From the IMG/VR virus record IMGVR_UViG_3300043436_004687, positions 248,001-312,000 of that record: 64,000 nucleotides of DNA; one strand, given 5' to 3'. Position 1 is the stretch's first letter. Each line of letters opens with the position of its first letter. A model generated the notes under the pieces. The model ran no database searches, was not told the DNA's origin, and was given only the letters and a program-made list of their open reading frames with translations. Shown piece by piece: positions 12,004-22,332 of the stretch. The position numbers were made by a program, and so were the translations under genes.

Positions 12004-12074
12004 ATTATTGCGTTTTTTTCTATTATTGCGTTTTTTCTGCAAATATACATTTATTGCGTTTTTTTCGCAATAAT
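12004..12074 (-). promoter_or_regulatory. TAnnTTTG promoter embedded in four 9-bp operator-like repeats
   Basis: (A/T)TTATTGCG at 12004, 12022 and 12050, with an inverted CGCAATAAT at 12066; TATATTTG on the minus strand at 12040-12047. Confidence 0.6.
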
Positions 12075-12087
12075 GCAATTTTTATTT

Positions 12088-13212
12088 TTAAGAAAACGGT
12101 GTTTCATCAACATTTTCTTCCTCTGTCTCATTGTTCATTGCATCACCAATAAGTGCACCCATTATGTTACCACCCACCGTTGCCCCCAATAAAGGGTCAT
12201 CAGTTATGTAACTAATAGCCATAGATTCTACAAACCCATCATCTTCACACACTTCTCTTTCTTTAAAATAATTTTTAACATAAGATTCATCTTTTTTATT
12301 AGATATGAATAATCCATTTTCATCACGCTTGGTGATACTTTTAGCTTTAGAAGTAAAGTCCTGAATTCTTTTAAGGTATTGACGTTTCTTCAAATCACCA
12401 TGCCAAATATGGTATAAGTCACCCTTAACAAATCCTATTTTACCTTTTACTACATCATAAAATTCTTTACTCCATTTATTGACTTCATCAATATTATCTG
12501 TAAATGATTTGGTGATACAATTGTGAGGTATTTGACCAGCAGAAGCATGTGCAATTATATGATCAGCACCACCAATTAAAGCTCTATCATATAATGGTAC
12601 TTGTTTTAAGATTTCACGCCTTGCGCCCCAAGCAAATCCTACGTGTCCATGGTTATTATAATTATCATCTTTCCATAAACTTGTTGTGGAAAAATTAGCA
12701 CAAAAGCTACGCCAAACTTTATTGTTTCGTAAATTAGGTAAATGAGTTAAATGTAATGGTTCCATATTAAATGATGGTTTAATTTCATTTTCATCTAAGT
12801 GGACACAATACTCAAATGGTTGGATAATGTTATTATTTTTCAATGATTTTACACCCTCTGTTAACCAATTTAAGTTGTTAAATAAAACATCAGCATCAAC
12901 CCAAAAAATGTATTTATATTTTTTAGGTAAATTATTGATAATGTTATTTAATAAAGTTTCCTTATGCCAAAGTAAATTTTCGGTGTAAATTCTTTTTATA
13001 TTTTCATTTTCATCAAGCTGCGGTTCAGTATTACCAATAACACACTCTATAATAGAATGATTAAGATGTTTTATACTTTCATACCAGATTTTAAATGCTT
13101 TAATTCGATATGGAGAGTTTTGTGGGTTAAAGAAACAAGAAATTATTATTGCCTCAGAATGTGTTCGATATTTATTTAAATATATCGTGTTGTTTTTAAT
13201 TAAATCTAACAT
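12088..13212 (-). CDS. Glycosyltransferase-like protein (GT-A fold)
   Basis: FWVDADV (DxD) motif, GFAWGARR...LYDRALIGGADH and YHIWHG, consistent with GT-A enzymes. Confidence 0.6.
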   Translation of the reverse strand: MLDLIKNNTIYLNKYRTHSEAIIISCFFNPQNSPYRIKAFKIWYESIKHLNHSIIECVIGNTEPQLDENENIKRIYTENLLWHKETLLNNIINNLPKKYKYIFWVDADVLFNNLNWLTEGVKSLKNNNIIQPFEYCVHLDENEIKPSFNMEPLHLTHLPNLRNNKVWRSFCANFSTTSLWKDDNYNNHGHVGFAWGARREILKQVPLYDRALIGGADHIIAHASAGQIPHNCITKSFTDNIDEVNKWSKEFYDVVKGKIGFVKGDLYHIWHGDLKKRQYLKRIQDFTSKAKSITKRDENGLFISNKKDESYVKNYFKEREVCEDDGFVESMAISYITDDPLLGATVGGNIMGALIGDAMNNETEEENVDETPFS

Positions 13213-13540
13213 TTTTATTATTTTTAGTTGTTTATATAATAACTCTCATCAACTCCATCTTTATCCATGGAATTTTTAACCCACTCTCTAATGGGGTTTA
13301 TTTCATCATCCTTACCTTTTTCTAACATTTCGTTGAATAACTCCTCATTCCAACTATTAGTTAATTTAAATTTAGCTCTTTTCTTAAAATCTTCATAATT
13401 GGTTAATTCACCACGATATTTTAATATCCAAAAGGCCATATTGTTTGCAAACATTAATAAACTCATATTAGTTTTATTTAAAATTAATATAAGGCAAAGA
13501 TAAAACATTAATTTCTATTTACCAAATTTTTTACAATAAA

Positions 13541-13570
13541 AAAAACCACAAATATTAATTTGTGGTTTTT
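13541..13570. terminator. Bidirectional hairpin terminator
   Basis: aaaaaccacaaa-tattaa-tttgtggttttt perfect inverted repeat. Confidence 0.75.
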
Positions 13571-13975
13571 ATCTTTATTTAAAACAAAATCGAAGCATCA
13601 ATTCCCAATTTTGAAAAAATCTTATTCGTTCTTCATATATGCTTAATGTAGCTTTGGTTTCAAAATCTTTATTTATCATTTCAAACATAATATCATTTAT
13701 GTTTTCGTTGTTTGTAATTCTATATTTAGCTTCTTCAAAATAATCTAATTTATTTAGAGTTATTAATTCAACCATAATTTGATTATAAATTTCCCATTGT
13801 TCTAAAGATTGTTCATCTTCTATTGAGTTTTTAACAAAATTATTATAAGCTTTATCTAAAAAGTTAAACTTTCCTTTAGAATGTTTAACACAATGAATTA
13901 AATTTTCCATTTTAAAAAATGATAAATTAGAAATATGTTATAACGATAAATATCTAAAATAGCTTGTTAAATTAT

Positions 13976-14320
13976 CTATTTAGCTGAAATATTTTTGCTT
14001 AATTTACCATTATTTTTCAAGTTGCCTTTATACCAGTCATTTATAACTTGTTTTAAAAAATCTTTATTTAAACCATTAAATTTATGATTGAGATATTCAT
14101 ATAAATCTTTAGGTGTAATCACTTCATTATTAACTTTCTTAGAAATCATGGGTGTGTTATAAAATTCGTGACCAATCTCATGTGTTCCAGTAGCTGGTTC
14201 ATAATTTAAATCTAAATCCGTTACTATTGATTTTAAAATATTGTCTTGAACTTTATTTTCTTTTATTAAATTGACAATTAATTTTAATTGGTTTTCGTTA
14301 ATTATAATTTTCTTTCCCAT
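13976..14320 (-). CDS. Hypothetical protein, possible virion protein
   Basis: Its N-terminus MGKKIIINENQLKLIVNLIKE has the same motif as the 991-1158 product. Confidence 0.6.
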   Translation of the reverse strand: MGKKIIINENQLKLIVNLIKENKVQDNILKSIVTDLDLNYEPATGTHEIGHEFYNTPMISKKVNNEVITPKDLYEYLNHKFNGLNKDFLKQVINDWYKGNLKNNGKLSKNISAK

Positions 14321-14740
14321 ATAAATAAATAGCTAAATTACTATTTTAATTTAGGTTCTGGAGTAATATTTCTTTTAAATAAACCATAACCATCTGAAGT
14401 TAAATATTCAAACCTTTTAGACGATTGTTTTATAGCATATTCATAGTATTTTTTAAAGCCTATTATTGTTTCGGGTTTTATTGCATCAGAAGCACCATCT
14501 ATATTGTCCAATAAACGCCATAAAGCATGTGATATATCTTTATATTGATGTTCGCAAACTGCAACATCTAATTCCCCAACCCATTCAATGTGTTTATCAG
14601 TTTCTCTAGAACCAGTTTGTATTTCTTCATCAAAATCGTTGGCAACAAATGTTTTATTATTTTTGGTATTTAATAAAATTGTTTTACCTGAAATTACTTT
14701 ATTCATAATTAATTATTTTTAACATGGGTACCCCTCTCTT

Positions 14741-14900
14741 AAATTTCCTTGATTATCTGTGTGAACTACCCACCCCACCAAAGGCGATGAGATGGGCTTC
14801 TTGCACAACGCATAGCCTAATTGCTTACGTTATCGTACAAAGGGTTGTTCCTAACCCCAAAATTCTTTATGTTATATGCAGCGTTTAAATCTCTATCTAT
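14741..14900 (-). ncRNA. Predicted TnpB reRNA/omegaRNA (5' limit approximate); guide predicted from flank ACAGATAATCAAGGAAATTT
   Basis: Established TnpB architecture: the scaffold overlaps the tnpB 3' end and the right-end hairpin, and the guide is the flanking DNA. The 5' boundary cannot be determined by eye. Confidence 0.6.
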
Positions 14901-16000
14901 TGAATTACCACACTTATCACAATTGTAAGTTCTATCTGAAAGTTTTAAATCTTTCTTATGGTTTCCACAATTAGAACATATCTTACTGCTTGGTTTAAAC
15001 CTACCAATTACAACAAGATTTTTACCTTGCCACTCAGCCTTATATTCCAACATAGTCCTTAATTGCCTCCAACCCATTTCAGCTATTGCTTTAGCTAAAT
15101 TATGGTTCTTTACCATATTACTAACTGCTAAATCCTCTAATACAATTGTATCATACGTGTTTACTAATTCAGTAGATATTTTATGCAAATAGTCAGTCCT
15201 TTGGTTACGGATTTTCTCTTGCAGTAATGCCACTACTAATTTTTGTTTTTCTCTATTTTTTGAGCCTTTCCGTTTTCTTGCAAGGCTTCTCTGTTCAATT
15301 CTTAATCTTTTCTGTTGGGATTTAAAAAAGTTTTTATTTTCATATACTACACCATCAGAAGTAATTGCCAAATCTTTAATTCCAAAATCAACACCAATAG
15401 TTGTGCTTTCTTTAATTGGGGTTTTAATTGGGGTTTCATTATTAGTATCGACTAATAATGAAACAAAATATTTACCAGTTACGGTTTTAGTTAATGTAAC
15501 TCTTTTAGTTAATCCCTTAAAATTTCTATGATAATCAATAGCAACATCCTTTAACTTTGGTAATTTTAAAATGTTGTTATCAAAATCAACATCAAAACCT
15601 TGTGGAAATGTAATTGACTGTTTAGAATATCTATTCTTGTATTTAGGGAACTGACCTTTACCTTTAAAAAAGTTTTGATACGCTGTATCTAAATTGATAA
15701 TACTATGCTGTAAAACTTGACTTGGACATTCTTTAATATAATCAAACTCATTTCTTAATTCTGGAAGTTGTTTAATTAAATCATATTTAGATATTGATGT
15801 TTTATTTGAAGCATACGCAACAGTCTTGGTTTCTAAACCAAGATTATATACCAACCTATTCACACCAAAATACCTTTGTAATTGGTCTTTTTGGTCATCC
15901 GTTGGGAATATTCTATATTTGTATCCTTTAAGCATATATTATTAAATAATCTAAACTTTTGTAAAAGTACTATATTTTTATCTAAATTACAAGTTTTGGT
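14761..16000 (-). mobile_element. IS200/IS605-family non-autonomous (IS1341-like) element carrying only tnpB
   Basis: The right end reads GAAGCCCATCTCATC-GCCTTT-GGTGGGGTGGGTAGTTCAC (hairpin then TCAC, ending at 14761). Joining 16001 to 14760 restores a continuous frame (KGIILTDNQGNL). No tnpA is adjacent; ends are ambiguous by about 2 nt. Confidence 0.85.
14817..15935 (-). CDS. tnpB: TnpB RNA-guided endonuclease
   Basis: HTH start MLKGYKYRIFPT; RuvC motifs GVDFG, LEDL and DRDLNAA all present; zinc finger CSNCG...CDKCG. Confidence 0.95.
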   Translation of the reverse strand: MLKGYKYRIFPTDDQKDQLQRYFGVNRLVYNLGLETKTVAYASNKTSISKYDLIKQLPELRNEFDYIKECPSQVLQHSIINLDTAYQNFFKGKGQFPKYKNRYSKQSITFPQGFDVDFDNNILKLPKLKDVAIDYHRNFKGLTKRVTLTKTVTGKYFVSLLVDTNNETPIKTPIKESTTIGVDFGIKDLAITSDGVVYENKNFFKSQQKRLRIEQRSLARKRKGSKNREKQKLVVALLQEKIRNQRTDYLHKISTELVNTYDTIVLEDLAVSNMVKNHNLAKAIAEMGWRQLRTMLEYKAEWQGKNLVVIGRFKPSSKICSNCGNHKKDLKLSDRTYNCDKCGNSIDRDLNAAYNIKNFGVRNNPLYDNVSN

Positions 16001-16021
16001 TAAAATAATTCCTTTAAATCT

Positions 16022-16159
16022 CTATATCTTATTTATATTTTGACTGAAACTTAATGTATTTAATAGAAATAAAAACCCTAAAATTAATTTTTTCATATTC
16101 TTTAATAATATTGGTATTATTTCTTTGACAAATCTTGCCTTAGACCCCATATACTTCAT
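16022..16159 (-). pseudogene. Chimeric gene relic: DNA adenine methylase-like N-terminus fused to a signal-peptide-like fragment
   Basis: Manual translation: MKYMGSKARFVKEIIPILLKN-MKKLILGFLFLLNTLSFSQNINKI*. Confidence 0.5.
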
Positions 16160-16483
16160 TTACAACAAACTATTTAATTTCAAATTTAAAGTATCATAAC
16201 TCTGAACGCCAACCATTCTATCAACAACTACACCATCTTTAAAAAATAATAAAGCTGGGATGTTCCTAACTCCATTAGCTGATGCAAACTCTTTTGACTC
16301 ATCAACATTCATCTTGATGATTAAAACATTATCATCTTTATTTTCATTAGCTAACTTATCAATAGTTGGTGATAACATTCTACAGGGTCCACACCATGTA
16401 GCATGAAAATCAATTAACATTACCTTACCGTTTTCTTTTTCCAATGTTTCATTTACATTAGAATCATTTAATTCTAAAACCAT
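16160..16483 (-). CDS. trxA: Thioredoxin
   Basis: DFHATWCGPCRML active site and GVRNIPALLFFKDG. Confidence 0.95.
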   Translation of the reverse strand: MVLELNDSNVNETLEKENGKVMLIDFHATWCGPCRMLSPTIDKLANENKDDNVLIIKMNVDESKEFASANGVRNIPALLFFKDGVVVDRMVGVQSYDTLNLKLNSLL

Positions 16484-16543
<60 letters not shown>

Positions 16544-18030
16544 GTAGATGAAAATATTTCACTTAATGAATTGGGAAAATATTTTCATCAAACCCAAATA
16601 TTTCCTCTATTTTAAGTGTTATAAATCTAATTGTAAGATAATCATCATCAATTAAATTATTCTCAAATAAATCACACATATAGCCACACCCAATTTTATA
16701 ATCCTTAAATTTTTCATGTTGCCTTAATTGATATTTACATATCCTATCAATTTCAATAAAAAATGATTTATACAATTTATTAATTATTTAGATTGTTTAT
16801 CACATATTTACCAAAATAACCTCTAATTTCTTTCATTGGTGAATAATATGTTTCATAATGCTTCTCCATAAAATATCTATCAACATATTCAATAGTTATA
16901 TCTATTTCTAGACCAAAGATAGGTTCTAATTTGATTATAATAGCTTCTATTAAATGATATATACCATTAGTGTTATTAACAGATAAATAATTGTGAATAT
17001 AATTACAACCAGCAATATAATCTTTGAAATTAGACTTTTGTTTCAAAACTTCAATTGAAATATCTGCTATGACCATAAAAAATTGAATGATCAAATTTTT
17101 TCATTATGGTACAAAATTCAAATGTAGTAGTTCCAAAATTTCTTTATAGGCCATTTTATAACCCCTATCAATTAAAATACTTTCATTAGTGTGTTCATAT
17201 TCCGTAGAATTTAACTCATCTAATTTAGATTTAATTAATTTATGTGCTTTTTGACCACCTTTGTTTTGATGATAAACCGCAAATTCATTTAATTTATCAT
17301 GTAATTCTATTAAATTTTCACTTTCAAAAAGTTCTTTCATATTTAAACCATTTATATATGCAAATATAATACTATTTATTATCAGAAACAATTCAAATGG
17401 TGAAAAATTATAAAAATACTTTAATGAGTAATTTCCTAAACATTAATTTTCCAATTGTGAAAGTTAAATTAAAACCAAAGGATCTTAATTTTTCTAGAAC
17501 ATTATTAGTAAAAAGCGTGTTTACTGGCAATCACGATAAATATTACCCTATAAATAAAAATTTACCTAAAGAGTTGCTTCTAGTAGATTTAATTACAGCA
17601 CTAAAAAACGTTTTTCCGTTTAGTGAAGAAGAAGTAAAAGTAATTGCTTTAAATTATTTAAAAAAATTAAATTAGATTTCATATTTTTGTTTTAAATAAT
17701 CAATTAAAGTGTTTCCACTTTCTTTAGCTCTATTTCTTAATTTATTAAAAATAAATATTCTAAATAAAAAATAAATAAAAGTAATAAAGTTAAAAAATGA
17801 AAATAAAAATCTCTCAAAATAAATATGTTCAAGAAAAGAACCTAATTGGAATGTAAGCATTAAATATAGGAATAATAAATAAATTATTCCACCAATATCG
17901 CTAACTTGTAAATTATTCTTATCTGTCATTTTGTAGGTTTTTATCTTTATATAAATATAACTTAATTTTGATGAATTAATAAATAAACTATAATTAATAA
18001 AGTAAAACTTGCTAAATATTTAACAATAAG

Positions 18031-18588
18031 TTGAATATGATAAATAAAAACATGAAAACACCTAAACTGACAATTGAATTAATCCCAAGTAGTGTATTTG
18101 GGTCAAATGTAAGAACAAATGTACCTAAAAAAGATTGGGATAAAATAAGAAAAGAATGCTACGCTAAGGCTGGTAATAAGTGTGAAGTTTGTGGGGGTGA
18201 TGGTAAAGAACAAGGTTATAAACATTCTACTGAAGCCCACGAACAATGGCATTATGATTATGAAACAAAAACCCAAATACTAGTCAAAGTAGTAGCACTT
18301 TGTGTTAATTGTCATCTTATAAAACACATAGGTAGAACATTTGCGATTGGTAAACAAGCAATAGCTTTCAAACATATTGAAAAAGTTAATGGTTGGAACC
18401 ATAAAGAAGTTATTGATTATATTGTAGAGTGTTTTATTGAACATAAAGAAAAATCTAAAATCAATTGGAAATTAGATTTAACTCATTTAAAGTTAGAATA
18501 CAATGTAGGTAAATTAGAAATATCTAAAGGTCAAACAAAGCGTTCAACATCTAAGAAACCTTTTTGGTTTAAAAAGAAGAAAAAATAA
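18031..18588 (+). CDS. HNH-like endonuclease
   Basis: CEVCG...EAHEQWHYD...ALCVNCHLIKHIG. Confidence 0.7.
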   Translation: MNMINKNMKTPKLTIELIPSSVFGSNVRTNVPKKDWDKIRKECYAKAGNKCEVCGGDGKEQGYKHSTEAHEQWHYDYETKTQILVKVVALCVNCHLIKHIGRTFAIGKQAIAFKHIEKVNGWNHKEVIDYIVECFIEHKEKSKINWKLDLTHLKLEYNVGKLEISKGQTKRSTSKKPFWFKKKKK

Positions 18589-18589
18589 T

Positions 18590-19177
18590 TTATTTATTAT
18601 AAAATTTTCGAAAATTTTCTAAATAACTATAAATATTGTTCTTACCTATATCATTTTTGGAATGTACTATATATTCAAACATTGGCAAACCTGGAGTGTC
18701 CATATAAAATTCTCCTAACCATTTAGCACAATCTAAACCAGTTCTTTCTCTTCTATTTGTTCCACTAAAGTCTGCTAAATCATGATCAAAAGAAATTAAT
18801 TCTGGAATTCCATTGTTTAAAATATATCTAATAAATTCACGATATGTTCTAACCACTACCCATTTATTTGAAGTATCATAAAATTCACTAAGTGGATTAT
18901 TTTCTTTTTTTAAAAATAAATAAACATCCATCGGAGTTCGCTCATCATCCAAAAATAAATTATATTTTTTAGTTGGTAACGAAATAGAACTTCCCAATAA
19001 AATATCTTTTTTAAGTTCTTCAATTCTTTTTCTATAGTTAAGTCCTTCTTCGATTAGTTCTTTTGGTGGTGAATAACCATGAATTGAAGCTAGTGAAGTT
19101 AAATTAGACACTTCACCACCAAGAAAGATAATATAGTTACTTAATTCATCTATTAACAAATCTTTATTGTTTTTCAT
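18590..19177 (-). CDS. Cyclic-phosphate-processing receiver-like domain protein
   Basis: LFLDDER...WVVVRTY...ISFDHDL...TGLDCAKWL...VHSKN motifs match this phage family as recalled. Confidence 0.7.
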   Translation of the reverse strand: MKNNKDLLIDELSNYIIFLGGEVSNLTSLASIHGYSPPKELIEEGLNYRKRIEELKKDILLGSSISLPTKKYNLFLDDERTPMDVYLFLKKENNPLSEFYDTSNKWVVVRTYREFIRYILNNGIPELISFDHDLADFSGTNRRERTGLDCAKWLGEFYMDTPGLPMFEYIVHSKNDIGKNNIYSYLENFRKFYNK

Positions 19178-20005
19178 AGATTTTTAATTTAGTTTTAAGA
19201 ATTTCATTTTGATGCTCAAGTTTTTCATTTTTATCTCTTTCTTCGTGAAAAGCAATAAAATACATAAACGTTGCAATACAAACGAAAATAAATGGGAATA
19301 ATAGTTTATCAGTTTTTGTTTCTTTCATTATAATTTTATATTTAATTCGAAGTTTAATAATTTAGCTTCTGATTTCATTTCTTTTAATTTTTCGGTTTCA
19401 TCTTTAACTTTTCTTTCTTGAGTTTTAATTAAATAAGAAAGCTCGTTATATCTATCTTGCTTTGATTTTTTCATTAAATTGTTAAATGGATGGTTATTCA
19501 TATATTTAATTTTTTACTGTTAACATATCTAAAAAAATGTTTCTATCTTTATTCTGTAAGTGATGGAATTTATTTTCTATCAGATACTCTAATGCTTTTA
19601 AACATGCTGAGTTTATATCAAATCTTTTAGTTGATATATTAGGAGTACCAACAGTTTTATCGTTGCTATTATAACAAATGGTCCAACCATGATTCCCACG
19701 CCATATTTTCATGTGGCACATAGTCTCATTTATAATTATTGTGGAACTTAAAGCATTTAATAATGTTTCCGTATCATATTCACCTAATGCAATATAATCT
19801 TGTAAATCTTCAATAGTCTTAATTTTTTTCATTTTCTATTTTTTTATTATATAATTCTATAATCTCTTTAATTGTAAATTCTTCTGTATCATCTGAATTA
19901 TCTTTTAATTCACAAAATCTTTCTTCTTGGTTGCCATACATAATAGAAAATCGACTATTTTCGTTTGTAATAAAATCTAATAATCCTTCACAATATTCAT
20001 TTAAT

Positions 20006-20818
20006 TTATCCATTATAATCTTTTTTATATATTTCTAAATATTTTTGTTTTATTTCTTTGGTTTTTAAATGTGGGAATTCTCTACGTATTAAACCCATCT
20101 TATAAAAACGTTCTTCTTTTTCAATCAATATACTCTTCCTATTCAACCTATCTGCACAAACTCCAACGCCATTAACGCCTCTACAAGGATCTAAAATAAT
20201 ATCACCCTCATTTGTGTACGTTTTTATAAAATATTCAATTAAAGCTTCTGGTGTTTGTGTTGGATGTATCGCTAATCTTTGTTTGTCACTTGCAAATTTT
20301 AAAATATTCCTAGGGTACCTATCTGTATTACCACCACCACTAATATCTTTAGTATTTTTGTTGTATAATTCACATTTATCCGCTATTTCTTTTCTTTTAG
20401 TAAAAGAATTAACTGGTTTATGGCCTTGTGTTTTTTGTGGATTATAAAGACATTGTTTCTTATAAAAAACCATTAAGTTTTCACTTGCTTTTAAAGGGGC
20501 TTTTTTACAATTTAACCCTCCAGTTGCTGAAGTTTTTTCCCATATCCATTCATATTTAAAATATTTTAATTGTGAACTACCTAAAGTAATGTTAAATGGT
20601 GGTTGTGCTTTAGCTATCACCACCCCATTATCTAAAAGTATTCTCCAAGTTTGTTCCCAAAATAGTTCTAAATCTATTGGGGTATCCCATTTAGCTTTAG
20701 TTGTATTGAATGGAGGGTCAATAAATATCATTCTCACTGAATTACTTTCTAACGTGGGCATAATATGTTCTAACTTACCTAAAAATTCATTTTTATAACT
20801 CATGTGGGTAAGGAACAA
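20006..20818 (-). CDS. N4-C/N6-A DNA methyltransferase (beta class)
   Basis: IDPPF catalytic motif and HPTQTPEALIEYFIKTYTNEGDIILDP; the SAM-binding motif is atypical (DPCRGVNG). Confidence 0.85.
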   Translation of the reverse strand: MFLTHMSYKNEFLGKLEHIMPTLESNSVRMIFIDPPFNTTKAKWDTPIDLELFWEQTWRILLDNGVVIAKAQPPFNITLGSSQLKYFKYEWIWEKTSATGGLNCKKAPLKASENLMVFYKKQCLYNPQKTQGHKPVNSFTKRKEIADKCELYNKNTKDISGGGNTDRYPRNILKFASDKQRLAIHPTQTPEALIEYFIKTYTNEGDIILDPCRGVNGVGVCADRLNRKSILIEKEERFYKMGLIRREFPHLKTKEIKQKYLEIYKKDYNG

Positions 20819-21555
20819 ATTTAAATTCTTTTATTGATGAATGGTAGAGGTTATCCATTGGTCCTTCAAATGGATGATAATAAATTCCACTTTCATTTGC
20901 AGTATAACAAAAAGTACTATCTAAAAAACAACCACCATCCCTATTACAAGAACCTCCACCAAAATAATACATAGTACCTCCAATAGATTCATTTAATTTG
21001 TCTAACCCAGAAATTATAAATATATTTCCAGTAGAACCAACAATTATATCTCCTTCTTGTGGGATCCATTTATTTTGAATTTCTTCATTAAAAATCTTAT
21101 CTATTATATATTCTTTAGATAAACCTTTAAAATTATTTGGTAAAAAGAATTCTAAATCTTCTATATTAAACTTTTCCATTATTTATTTTGTTTCATTATT
21201 TATGCAATTATTTGTTTTGTTGCATTATTCTTGCAACGATAAAAATTTTAAACGATAACCTACACACCACAAATCTATTCTGAAAAACCATTCACCCTCG
21301 TGTTTTCCAAAACCTATTCGTAACATTCTATTTTCTTTATTTAATTTTAATTTGGTTATTAACAATTGAAAATATATTTAATTAATTTTATTATTGATTT
21401 TAAAGGGTGAACAAACCAAAATAAAGAATAAATTAAGTAATCCCATACATTATTAATTTCGAAATCAAATTCAACTAGACCTAATAAACAAAAACCACTT
21501 ATAATAAGTGATAACAATACTATGATTAAATAAATGTTTATAATTAACTCCATAT

Positions 21556-22327
21556 CTATTTTTTAATAATTTCTATTAATTTATTAAGACAAACTAATTC
21601 TGCCTCTTCATAAGTTTCTAACCCCTCTTCTATAATTTCATATTTTCCATTTGTTCCATATCGAGACATATAGCTTTCAAAATTATTATGTTTATTTATT
21701 TCATGATCTAAATTATATTTTTCTCTAAACCATCTAAAACTTTGTGAAAATGTTGGGGTTGAAATAAAAACAAAATCATCATTAACATCCATTGGATGAT
21801 AGAAAAATTGCAATTTCTTTGTTGCTGAACCATAAGCATTTTCAGTATAGCTTCCAATACATTCTTCATTAAACCCCAAACGTTTTAATTCAAATGCAAT
21901 TTCATAAGGTACAAAATCTTTATTCATCTTATATTATTTTTAATCCTTGTTGTAAACCAAATTCTAATGCTTCTTCATAAGTTTTAAACACTGTTAAAGA
22001 ACAAGGGGCATCACCATCTAAACCTTTTTTATATACATTATACTCCCATTCAACTTTTCCTTTATCCCACCAACCAGAAGTTACTTCCACTGATATTTTT
22101 TTATCTTCTCTTAACCATTTTTGTAGTAATGATTGGGTTGGTGCATTACAACAATCTTTTAAATCATAATCTTTTTCATCAAAAGCTTCTCTAATATTGT
22201 GTAATATACTCCTATCATCATAGTAATGTTGTTGAGAAAGTCTTACTTCACCATAAACATTTTTATCAAAAAATCCCTTTTCTTTAGCTAATTTAGCTGT
22301 TTCAAAACTTATTAGTTGTTCTTGCAT
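21556..22327 (-). CDS. Two tandem members (21556-21927, 21929-22327) of an expanded paralogue family
   Basis: FVPYEIAFELKRLGF and LISFETAKLAKEKGF N-termini; PT(F/Q)S...WFRE/WLRE core; YEEA(E)L C-termini. Confidence 0.8.
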
Positions 22328-22332
22328 AATTT

